DNA of 63,322 nt, the filler included, from Anaerolineae bacterium (GTDB lineage Bacteria > Chloroflexota > Anaerolineae > Epilineales > Epilineaceae), in the NCBI GenBank assembly GCA_029262755.1. It is 6 parts of 6 records of this genome, joined end to end, with 100 filler letters (N's around TTAATTAATTAA, not from the genome) between each part and the next. Parts side by side here need not be neighbours in the genome. Positions count along the whole stretch, not along the records: positions 30,030 to 45,691 come from JAJCYU010000179.1; 5 more parts are not named here. One strand, 5' to 3'. Positions 30,166-38,820 of this stretch are shown here, one piece after another. Made by a program: the position numbers and the translations under genes. The notes beneath the pieces are model-generated. The model worked only from the letters and a program-made list of their open reading frames with translations, was not told where the DNA came from and did no database searches. The first letter of the stretch is position 1, and every line of letters begins with the position of its first letter.

Positions 30166-32486
30166 GACCCACCTCCCCCGTTGCCGCCACGGGACCGCAT
30201 CGTCCGGCCCTGCCCTTCGATCGGTACGCGCCCGAGCAGCAACGTCGGCCGATCGACCGCCGCGCGACGTCGCTCGATACCGATGGTCACGGGTGGATCG
30301 TCGGACCAGCCGGCGAGCACGGCTTCGCTCGGAGCGAATCGAGAGGAGCCCAACAACCTTCTGGAAGTAGAAGGATTCCCGTAGTACCCGTTCTGCGGAT
30401 CGTAGAACGCCGAGGCTAGGCGACGCCGTTCGGGCCTATCGCCGGCGAACGTGTACGAGTTGGGCACCTGACCGATCGCGCCCTCCACGTTGATTCGTCC
30501 CGAACCAGACCACGCCGGCAGCGGCATGGATCGCGGACCATAAAACAGATAGGCACCGTCAACAGGGCGATCGAAGGGCGAGCCGACCGTGCCTTGGACG
30601 TCTGACAAACTTCTCTGTTGCTCGCTGAACCTGAGCCCGTCGCCGGCGACCTCCTCGACAAACGGCCATGGGACGACCGCTTCAAACGCGAAGCCGCCGT
30701 TCGACCATTGCGCGACGCTCAGATCGCGCAATGCGCCGTCGCCGCCGAAGATCAATTGCATCTGGCCGGCCTGGGGGACGCTGCGTCCCTCACTACGCAG
30801 AGGGTGCGCCCATGCGCCGTCCAGGTCGAAGTCGTAGTCCCTGCTCGCGGGCGAGCTGAGGTCGACCCAACCCTGGACGTGGGCGACGCCGCCACCGACG
30901 GGAACGCGAACCACCGAATATTGCGTCTGTTGCAGCGTGCCGCCGTGCAACCACAACCCGAAGGCGTAGCTCAAGCCGGTGAAGGCCAAGGTCAGCGCGG
31001 GTATCGTCACCCACGCTAGATCCAAGCGACGCCGGGATCGTAAGAGCATGTAGTTGATCGGCCCGACCACGACTACGTAGCTGGCGAGGACCAGGAAGAG
31101 CGCCATAGGCGAAGGCAGCCCGGACTGCCGCTCAATTCCGGCTGCCGCGGCCAAACTCTGCGGCATGAAGCGCTCATCAACGAGCGCCTGGTGCACACTA
31201 CCAGGACGCTCCACGTGCAACCGCATCCACATCGTCTCGTCGCCCGCCCATCCTCGAAGCGGCGGCACCCCTGGATCCACGGCCAGGGCCACGACCACAC
31301 CGTCGCCCACGTCCCGCTTGACGATGAGCGGGAGGTCGGCCAGCTCTTCGCCACGCAAGGTTGCCGCCGCGAACTCCTCCGGAGCGCCCCCATCGACCTC
31401 ATTCTCGGCGGCCTCATCCCCGGCGACCTCGTCTTCCAACGCGCCGTCGTCCTCCGCGGCAGCCTGTCCTTCCTCATTCTCGGACTCTTCCCTGGATTGC
31501 TGTTCGCGCAATATCTCGGCTATCGCTCCCTCGCCCGAATCCTGCTCCTCAAACGTCGCCTCGACGGTGGCGCCGTCCACCGGCCTCAACCGGGCGACGG
31601 TCGCGGGACGGGCGAGATCCTCAGTGCCCATCGAACCGCTCGCCACCCAGCGCCCCAAGGATTGGAGCCCGGGGACGATCTCCACGCCCGCCGACTCGGC
31701 CGCCCGCAACTCGGGTGGCAGTCCTGCCGTGGCTTCGGCGCCGCGCGTGCCGCCGAGAACGGTGACCTGTCCACCAAGCCGGACCCACTGGACGAGCGCT
31801 TGCCGCTGCGCCTCGGTCGCGCCCGCAAGGCTGTCTGCGACGATCACGTGCTCGATGGCATCGAAGAGCAGGGGATGGTCGGGTAAGTTCTTCGCCGGTT
31901 CGCGCACGATACGGGCGGGGCTGTTCACGCGACCCGTGGCGATCGCCAGGCCTTCGAGGCCGACGAGACGCGGATCATCGTCGCCGATTACGAGGATCAT
32001 GAAGAGGTCGTCTTCGCCGTCCAACGTGAGCCGGCGCTGTTCTCTCTGCCGTCCCTGGGTTTCGAGATAGATCGCCCCCCCGCCGTAGCGCGAGGGCAGG
32101 AAGGGCAGGATGAGCTCCTTGCGGGCGCCCCGGGGCAACTCGACGGACGTACGATAGTCGACGTTTTGACCGGTGCCTTCTATCACGAGCTCGACGTCCC
32201 GCGCAGGACCGTCGTTGTTCAGGCTCACCGCCACGCCGGTCCACGACTCGTGCTCGTAGTTGCCGCCGAACAAGGGCTTCGCGTTCCAAGAGAGGCCGCT
32301 ATCCGCGATCGGGGCGTCGTTCTGCGGCGCGGGCGCGGACCAGACGGTCGGCGGCGGCGCCGTTACGCCCGCGGCGGCCAGCATCGCCGCAAGCAGCCCG
32401 ACGACCGCGAGGCGGCGGCGCACGGGCCGCGAAGGCGGGAGAAGGGGTCGATGCATGGCAGGCCTCCGAATGGCGGCGGGGTGCAT
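30162..32486 (-). CDS. Secreted/membrane protein coupled to an ABC transporter
   Basis: Signal peptide, [11 protein letters not shown] (GATase-like segment), TM pair [18 protein letters not shown]; overlaps ABC start by 4 bp. Confidence 0.75.
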   Translation of the reverse strand: MHPAAIRRPAMHRPLLPPSRPVRRRLAVVGLLAAMLAAAGVTAPPPTVWSAPAPQNDAPIADSGLSWNAKPLFGGNYEHESWTGVAVSLNNDGPARDVELVIEGTGQNVDYRTSVELPRGARKELILPFLPSRYGGGAIYLETQGRQREQRRLTLDGEDDLFMILVIGDDDPRLVGLEGLAIATGRVNSPARIVREPAKNLPDHPLLFDAIEHVIVADSLAGATEAQRQALVQWVRLGGQVTVLGGTRGAEATAGLPPELRAAESAGVEIVPGLQSLGRWVASGSMGTEDLARPATVARLRPVDGATVEATFEEQDSGEGAIAEILREQQSREESENEEGQAAAEDDGALEDEVAGDEAAENEVDGGAPEEFAAATLRGEELADLPLIVKRDVGDGVVVALAVDPGVPPLRGWAGDETMWMRLHVERPGSVHQALVDERFMPQSLAAAAGIERQSGLPSPMALFLVLASYVVVVGPINYMLLRSRRRLDLAWVTIPALTLAFTGLSYAFGLWLHGGTLQQTQYSVVRVPVGGGVAHVQGWVDLSSPASRDYDFDLDGAWAHPLRSEGRSVPQAGQMQLIFGGDGALRDLSVAQWSNGGFAFEAVVPWPFVEEVAGDGLRFSEQQRSLSDVQGTVGSPFDRPVDGAYLFYGPRSMPLPAWSGSGRINVEGAIGQVPNSYTFAGDRPERRRLASAFYDPQNGYYGNPSTSRRLLGSSRFAPSEAVLAGWSDDPPVTIGIERRRAAVDRPTLLLGRVPIEGQGRTMRSRGGNGGGGS

Positions 32487-32762
32487 ATTCGTCTCGCGCA
32501 CGGTCTCCAGTGTGCCACCGTGGAACCCGGATCACCATCCTCCGCGCGGAAGCAGGCTCGTCGCGCAGGATGCGCTGCCCCACGGCATAGACGTATGAGC
32601 GAGCGATGAGGGGATGGTTGGCAAGAGACGTTCCACGGCCGACGTTCCACCACATTCGGATCGAACCGAAAGCCTCCCGGTGCGGTTCGGAAACCAGACC
32701 CGGACGGTCTACCCTACTTGCCGCCCGAACCGCCCCCCATGCGACGGCGAAGGACCACCACC

Positions 32763-33467
32763 GTGACCGAACCACAATCGCCGACCCCGACCGCGACCCC
32801 GGCGGCGGCCGACACCGACAACGGCGCCACCGACGTCGAGCAAGCAGCGCTCATCGCCGCCCTGCGCGCCGGCGACGAGGAGGCCTTTGCAACCCTCGTG
32901 GATCGCTACCACGAGACCATGGTGCGCGTGGCGCAGATGTACGTCGCGGATCGTCCCACGGCCGAAGAGGTCGTGCAGGAAGCCTGGCTCGGCGTGCTCA
33001 GCGGCATAGAGCGATTCGAGGGCCGTAGCGCGCTCAAGACCTGGATCTTCCGCATCGTCACCAACCGCGCGAAGACCCGAGGCAAGCGCGAGAAGCGCAC
33101 GATCTCCTTCTCCATGCTCGGCCCCGTCGACGATGAGAAGAGCGGCGAGGACCCCGGCATGTTCCTACCCGAAGGTCATGAGTGGGCCGGCGCGTGGTCG
33201 GCCGCCCCCGAAAGCTGGATCGGATTGGAGGATCGGCTCCTCCAGCACGAGGCGCGCAAGGTGGTCGAGCAAGCCATCGCGGAGCTACCGGAACGACAAC
33301 GGATGGTCATCACCTTGCGCGATATCGATGGGTGGTCCTCCGACGAGGTTCGTAACGAGTTGGCCGTAAGTCAGACCAATCAGCGCGTATTGCTACACAG
33401 AGCGCGCGTCAAGGTCCGACAGGCACTTGAGAACTACCTCGCACGAAGGGAGGGCGTGAACGCATGA
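32763..33467 (+). CDS. ECF RNA polymerase sigma factor
   Basis: AEEVVQEAW, FEGRSALKTWIFRI, LPERQRMVITLRD, NQRVLLHRAR. Confidence 0.92.
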   Translation: MTEPQSPTPTATPAAADTDNGATDVEQAALIAALRAGDEEAFATLVDRYHETMVRVAQMYVADRPTAEEVVQEAWLGVLSGIERFEGRSALKTWIFRIVTNRAKTRGKREKRTISFSMLGPVDDEKSGEDPGMFLPEGHEWAGAWSAAPESWIGLEDRLLQHEARKVVEQAIAELPERQRMVITLRDIDGWSSDEVRNELAVSQTNQRVLLHRARVKVRQALENYLARREGVNA

Positions 33468-33730
33468 GTCACGAAGATCACGATCACCTCAGGTGCCGCA
33501 AGCTGGCCGAGTCCATGACTGCGTACATCGACGACGATCTCACGCCGGATGACCGGCTGCTGATCGACAAGCATCTGGGCGAATGCGGCGGCTGCCACAA
33601 CTACCTCGATCAGATGCAGCACACCATCGACACGATCAAGGCCCTACGCGGCTCGGCGCCGGCGCCCGAGACCAGGGCCAAGCTGCTCGGCTTGTTCCGT
33701 CAATGGAAGCAAGACCGCGAGGATTGCTGA
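33464..33730 (+). CDS. Zinc-binding anti-sigma factor (zf-HC2)
   Basis: YIDDDL..HLGECGGC (HxxxCxxC); ATGA overlap with the sigma gene. Confidence 0.9.
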   Translation: MSHEDHDHLRCRKLAESMTAYIDDDLTPDDRLLIDKHLGECGGCHNYLDQMQHTIDTIKALRGSAPAPETRAKLLGLFRQWKQDREDC

Positions 33731-35040
33731 CGGAGCGGCAGGCTGGGTCCGGCCGCGGGGGACGGTTGCGACGCGCCGGTCGCCGCGGTAGCGGAAGAAG
33801 CCGCCGGAGAATTGGTCCCGCCCTAGCAGCCACCATCACCGGTTTGCTCGTCGGGATGCTGCTGCTCCCCGCATCGCGCCAGGCCATCGGGGTCGCGCTC
33901 TTCCTGCCCGATCTCGTGCCTTCGGTCGCGGCGCGGCCGCTCATGTGGGTCACGCGGTCGCCGGAGCGCAGGACGGTCCGCTTCGAAGCCGGCACGGCAG
34001 CATCGGTACAGGCAGCCGCAACGGAAGGCTCCGGTTCGGCCGTCGACAGCGAGCTTCGACCCACCGACAACACCCACAACAGCGACAATACGGACAACAG
34101 CTCCGGCTGGGACGGCGAGCTGTATCTGCCGGCCGGCCCCGGCCCTCACCCCGGGCTCGTGATCGCGCTCGGCGTCACGCCCGCCGGACGCAACGACCCG
34201 CGCGTCGTGAGCCTCGGCGACGGCTTGGCCCGCCTGGGCGTGGCGGCCTTCGTGCCCTACAGCCCCAACCTCGAGCAGCGCCGCGTGACACCCGACGAGA
34301 TCGACTTCATGGTTGCGGCGCACGGCACGCTCGCGGCTCTCCCCTCGGTCGACCCCGCACGCGTCGGCTTCTTCGGCCTCTGCGTCGGCGCTTCGCTGAG
34401 CGCGCTGGCCGCCGGCGACCCACGCATCGCTGACGACGTCGCGGTGCTGGGCTGGTTCGGCGGCTACCACGATCTCGCGCGGCTCGTGGCCTCCGTGGCA
34501 AGCGAGAGCTACATGGACGACGGCGCGGTCGTGCCGTGGACGCCCGACACGTTGGCGCGCGAGGTCGTGGGCGAGCAGCTGCTGTCCCTGCTCGACGAGG
34601 ACGAACGACGCGCGGTCGAGCTGTCGGTGGTGCAGGGCGTGCCGCCCGCGGATGTTGACGAGGCCTTGGGCCGCACATTCTCGCCACGCGCACACACCGT
34701 CCTCGCGCTACTCAACCACCCGGACTACCCGACCTCCCTCGCCCTGCTCGAGGCATTGCCTGCCAAGGACCGCGCCCTGCTGGCCACCCTCTCGCCTACC
34801 ACCCGCGCCGCCGCGGTCCGTGCGCCCGTCTTCGTGATGAGCGACACCGGCGACACCCTGATCCCGCACGTGGAGACCGACGCGCTGGCGTCGGCCCTGG
34901 GCGCACGCGTGCAGCGCCGCACGGTGTTCACCGTGTTCAGCCACGTGGATCTGGACCGGCTCGACGAGCCGCTGCGCGTCGCACGCGAGCTTGCGGCGCT
35001 GCATGCCCAGGTGCGCGGGATCGCGGGGACGCTGCGCTAG
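33724..35040 (+). CDS. Membrane-anchored alpha/beta hydrolase-fold protein
   Basis: N-terminal TM; VDPARVGFFGLCVGAS nucleophile elbow, DTGDTLIP, FSHVD; start uncertain. Confidence 0.72.
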   Translation: MLTERQAGSGRGGRLRRAGRRGSGRSRRRIGPALAATITGLLVGMLLLPASRQAIGVALFLPDLVPSVAARPLMWVTRSPERRTVRFEAGTAASVQAAATEGSGSAVDSELRPTDNTHNSDNTDNSSGWDGELYLPAGPGPHPGLVIALGVTPAGRNDPRVVSLGDGLARLGVAAFVPYSPNLEQRRVTPDEIDFMVAAHGTLAALPSVDPARVGFFGLCVGASLSALAAGDPRIADDVAVLGWFGGYHDLARLVASVASESYMDDGAVVPWTPDTLAREVVGEQLLSLLDEDERRAVELSVVQGVPPADVDEALGRTFSPRAHTVLALLNHPDYPTSLALLEALPAKDRALLATLSPTTRAAAVRAPVFVMSDTGDTLIPHVETDALASALGARVQRRTVFTVFSHVDLDRLDEPLRVARELAALHAQVRGIAGTLR

Positions 35041-35170
35041 GGGCGAGCTCCACGATCTTCCCGGACGAGGACGTCGAACGCGCCGGCCATACGTATCGCG
35101 GCGACCATTCCAATCGCGCCGGCTACGGGAATTGTTAGTGGCCTGCGCTTTTCCACCGCGACCGCCCCGA

Positions 35171-35953
35171 TCAGCGCAGCCCTGCCTCGCGCGCCAACCA
35201 CGGCAGCCACGCGGCCCATCCGGGTGTGGCCGTCGGCTCGATAGCCGGCGTGGCGCTCGATTCGCCGGTCGGCGTGGCGGTGCCCGTTTCGGTCGCGCCG
35301 GGCGTCTCGGTCGGCGACGGCGTGCTCGTGGGCGAGTCGGTCGGGGTCGCCGCTACGGGCGTAGCCGTCGGGAGCGTCGTAGCCGTCGGCGCCGGAGTCG
35401 GTGGCGGGCCGGAGCGAGAGACGAGCACCTGCTTCACCACCAGCGAGGGGGCGTCGCCCTCCGGGGTGGTGTCGCCGTTCACGGAGTTGCCCGCGCCATA
35501 CATCGTCACCTCGGCGCCTTCCCCGATCGGCGCCGTCCACGCGAAGGAGAACGTCGCGGCGCCCGTGTCGGGGTTCACGATCTTGGGGTTGGAGTGGGTC
35601 AGCTCGCCCTCCAAGACCTGCGTGTCGGGCCCTAGCGATTGGAGAAAGCCCGCGGTGACCGAGACATCAAGCCCGGCCGCGAGCAGCTGGCCCTCCGCGA
35701 CGGTGAGCGTGAACACGCGCTGCGCGCCGGGCGGCACGAACGACGGGCCCTCCAACGTCACCTTGGGCGGAAAGCCGCCCAGGTGGCAGGCCGTGCAGTC
35801 TTCGCCGTCGTTCGTGGCGGGGTTGCCTGAGTAGCCCACCATCCCACGCCGGCGCGCGTGCGAGGCCGGGCTGTGTAGGGCGATGACGGTGAAGGCGAAG
35901 AGGAAGCCGCATAGGGCTGCGGCAGGCGCGGCGTAAACGGGGACTCGCATCAT
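35171..35953 (-). CDS. Secreted Reeler-like domain protein with CxxCH motif, PT linker and WLPWLARE tail
   Basis: Signal peptide, CTACH, ELTHSNP, FAWTAP, YGAGNSVNGD..GD. Confidence 0.75.
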   Translation of the reverse strand: MMRVPVYAAPAAALCGFLFAFTVIALHSPASHARRRGMVGYSGNPATNDGEDCTACHLGGFPPKVTLEGPSFVPPGAQRVFTLTVAEGQLLAAGLDVSVTAGFLQSLGPDTQVLEGELTHSNPKIVNPDTGAATFSFAWTAPIGEGAEVTMYGAGNSVNGDTTPEGDAPSLVVKQVLVSRSGPPPTPAPTATTLPTATPVAATPTDSPTSTPSPTETPGATETGTATPTGESSATPAIEPTATPGWAAWLPWLAREAGLR

Positions 35954-36164
35954 CGCATCCTCTTGGACCGGCAGTGGGTGAGCACGCGTGCAGGCGCGCG
36001 CCACCGCATTATGCGTCGCCCAGGCCTGCGAGCGCATGCCTGGTCCGTACGATACTCGTCAGGAGGAACGCTGTCGCGAATCGCCGGGTCGCACGCTGTC
36101 GCAACGTTCGTCTCTTCAACCGTCACGAGCGACATCCCTACGAACTACGGCATCCGGGCGCTAC

Positions 36165-37214
36165 CTACACCTTCGACCACACGCGCGTGTTGAGCGCGAG
36201 GCCCTCCACGATGTCTTCGGCGAGGCCGATCTCGGCCAAGTAGGTCGCGAGATCGTGGACATCGATCGTGGCGTCGCGCGACCAGATGGAGGGCGGCTCG
36301 AAGCTGTCCTCGTCGTTCTCGATCGCGAGATACATCCGATCACCGACGAACGACAACCACAGCCGGCGATCAATCAGTTCATGGAAGTCCAGAAGGCGTC
36401 GCATCAGGCTCGTTGAGAGCAGGTAACGCGCTTCCACCTGATCGCTCCCGAACACGGCGAAGGCATCTTCGAAGTCCGGGTCTTCGAGCCGAACGTCCTC
36501 GAAGGTCTTGGCCGCCGGATGGTCGCGCTTCAAGCGCCCGCGAATCGCCGAACGCGCACCGAAGCTACCGGATTGCGGCACGACCGCCGTGACGCCCTGG
36601 AAGTGCTTGTGGAAGTCACCGACAAAGAACAGCCCCTGGAAGATCGTGTGCCAATGGGTAGTCGTGTTGCCCTCGCTATCGGTGCTCTCGGTCTTGTACA
36701 AGGCCTGCACCTCGGAGACTTCGAAGTCCGTCTTTCCCAGACGCCCTGCAATCAAGTCCTCGTGGTCGTAGCGATCGATCGCCTGTCGGAACAAGCCACT
36801 CGCCCGGAAGTCCTCGATCGCGATTCCGTCCTCCGCCGAATACGCGGCATCGGGATAGCGCCGTGAAACGAGCCGGCCAATCACGCGCTCCTTGAAAGAG
36901 GCACGGTATTCCTTGTGCGCCGGCCCGACGGCGAACGCCCAGATCCCGCTGCCGATAATCGCCGTGACCACCAGGCCGAAGATAACGAAGAAAAACGGAA
37001 AGGATTGCGCGATCACGAATCCGAAGAGGATCACGGCCACGAGGGCCCCCACGGCCAGTAAGACCCCCAAAACACGCAGCGCCTTCGCGCGCACCACCGC
37101 GTGCTGAGCGGCGAGATCCTCGAGATCGGGCGCCAGCATTGCAAGCGCCTCGGACGCGGCCGCCAGGGCCGGCGCGGGCAGGTTGCCACGCTGCCCGCGC
37201 TTGGAGACGCTCAC
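36165..37214 (-). CDS. DUF3137-like membrane protein (lemA-associated)
   Basis: Two TM helices; TIFQGLF, LEDPDFEDAFAVFGSDQVEARYLL. Confidence 0.82.
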   Translation of the reverse strand: MSVSKRGQRGNLPAPALAAASEALAMLAPDLEDLAAQHAVVRAKALRVLGVLLAVGALVAVILFGFVIAQSFPFFFVIFGLVVTAIIGSGIWAFAVGPAHKEYRASFKERVIGRLVSRRYPDAAYSAEDGIAIEDFRASGLFRQAIDRYDHEDLIAGRLGKTDFEVSEVQALYKTESTDSEGNTTTHWHTIFQGLFFVGDFHKHFQGVTAVVPQSGSFGARSAIRGRLKRDHPAAKTFEDVRLEDPDFEDAFAVFGSDQVEARYLLSTSLMRRLLDFHELIDRRLWLSFVGDRMYLAIENDEDSFEPPSIWSRDATIDVHDLATYLAEIGLAEDIVEGLALNTRVWSKV

Positions 37215-37230
37215 GTGCGGCTAAGTCCAA

Positions 37231-37803
37231 TCACGTGCGGTCGCCGAACAACGCCCCCACGTCCGGCGTTGCGGTCTCGCCTTCGTCGACCTCGAAGTAC
37301 GGGCGTCGCGCGAGGTTCATCATGCCGGCGACGATGTTGCTCGGGACCATCTCGATGGCGTTGTTGAATTCCGTGACCACCGCGTTGTAGGTGCGGCGCG
37401 CGGCGGAGAGCTGCTCTTCGATTTCGTTGAGCGCGGCCTGCAGCTGCAGGAAGTTCTCGCTGGCCTTGAGGTCCGGGTAGGCCTCGACCTGGATCATCAG
37501 CTGGCCGAGGGCGGCGCTCGTGGCGCGATCGACCTCGGCGCGCTCTTCCGCGCTGAGATCGCCCGTCATCGCGCGGGCGCGCAAGGCGGTTAGCTCGCGC
37601 AGCACGCCGCTCTCGTGATCCATGTAGCGGTCGACCGCGCCGACCAGGTTCGGGATCAGGTCGAAGCGCTTCTTGAGCATGACGTCGACGCTGGAAAGGG
37701 ACTCATCAACGCGATTGCGCTTGCCGATCAGGCCGTTGTACAGCCCGACAAAGACAAGACCGAGCACGATGAGGAAACCGACAAAGAGGTAGACGAATAG
37801 CAT
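37231..37803 (-). CDS. lemA: LemA family protein
   Basis: YNGLI, KKRFDLIPNLV, EAYPDLKASENFLQLQ, ARRTYN. Confidence 0.95.
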   Translation of the reverse strand: MLFVYLFVGFLIVLGLVFVGLYNGLIGKRNRVDESLSSVDVMLKKRFDLIPNLVGAVDRYMDHESGVLRELTALRARAMTGDLSAEERAEVDRATSAALGQLMIQVEAYPDLKASENFLQLQAALNEIEEQLSAARRTYNAVVTEFNNAIEMVPSNIVAGMMNLARRPYFEVDEGETATPDVGALFGDRT

Positions 37804-38014
37804 GATGGGCGCGGCGGGCACCCACGACGGGCTCGAAACGGCGGCACGTGGCGCATGGCACGGTGCGACCGGTTCGAGACGCTGCGGTGGGGCGAAGCCG
37901 CAGACCTCCTTGGATGGGGGCCGCGAGAAGATTCGGAACGCGGCCGTCGGGAGCGGTTTGGCTGCCACGGTAGCGGCAGGCGATACGATGATACGTGGAA
38001 TCGGGCACGCGGTC

Positions 38015-38443
38015 TCACGAGTCGAGCTCGGAAGCCGGCTCGAGACGTTCAAGGTCGTCGATGAGATCGACGTCGCGATCGAAGGAATAGATCGTAGCTA
38101 TCCCCTGACGCTTCATGTGTAGGGCACAAAGAGCGTCTTCAAAGTCCAGGGTAGGGTGGGTCGCCATTAGATCGAGGGCACGCAGGAACACCTTCTTGTG
38201 GTCAAGAAGAAGTGCCGGCATGGCGATGATGGGCGCCAGGAGATCGCGAACTTGTGGGGCGGACACGTTGTAGTGGCGCTTGGAGCGCAACACGAACACG
38301 ATCTCGGCGATGATGGCCTCGGTCGTGACGACCTCCTCCTCGCCGGTTTCCACGCGCTCGATGAGTTGCCGAGAGGCGGCGGCTTTATCCGTGTCGTCGC
38401 CCGTGAAATAGCGGAGGAACACGTTGGTGTCGATGAACCTCAT
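38015..38443 (-). CDS. vapC: PIN domain toxin
   Basis: FIDTNVFLRY, AEIVFVL, LDFEDA, YSFDRD. Confidence 0.9.
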   Translation of the reverse strand: MRFIDTNVFLRYFTGDDTDKAAASRQLIERVETGEEEVVTTEAIIAEIVFVLRSKRHYNVSAPQVRDLLAPIIAMPALLLDHKKVFLRALDLMATHPTLDFEDALCALHMKRQGIATIYSFDRDVDLIDDLERLEPASELDS

Positions 38444-38712
38444 TGCTCGCTGCGCGCGTCGTCGACAATCTGCTCCGCTCGATCCTCGCGCGCCTCTTTC
38501 GAGACCGTCTTCAGATCGTCTTCTCGACCGATGGGCGCAATCGCACCGTACGCGGACTGGACCGTGTAGCGCATCGGGATCAGGCGCACCGCACCAGACT
38601 CTTCTACCTGGAAGATAACTTTGTCGCGCGGCCCAACACCAAGCAGGCGCCGCACGGCGGCGGGGATGGTCACCTGGCCTCGCTCGGTAATGGTGGCTTG
38701 GAGTGCACGCAT
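38440..38712 (-). CDS. AbrB/MazE/SpoVT-type antitoxin
   Basis: ATITERGQVTIPAAVRRLLG; RBS AAGGAGG; 4-bp overlap with the toxin. Confidence 0.9.
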   Translation of the reverse strand: MRALQATITERGQVTIPAAVRRLLGVGPRDKVIFQVEESGAVRLIPMRYTVQSAYGAIAPIGREDDLKTVSKEAREDRAEQIVDDARSEQ

Positions 38713-38820
38713 GGCCGCCTCCTTCATGTTTGTCAGCAGTTACAGTGTATTTTAGCGGTAGCAATGCACGCTTTCAAACGCTGTTGGATGTGGCGGCTCG
38801 GAGCGCGCGCGATCACCACC

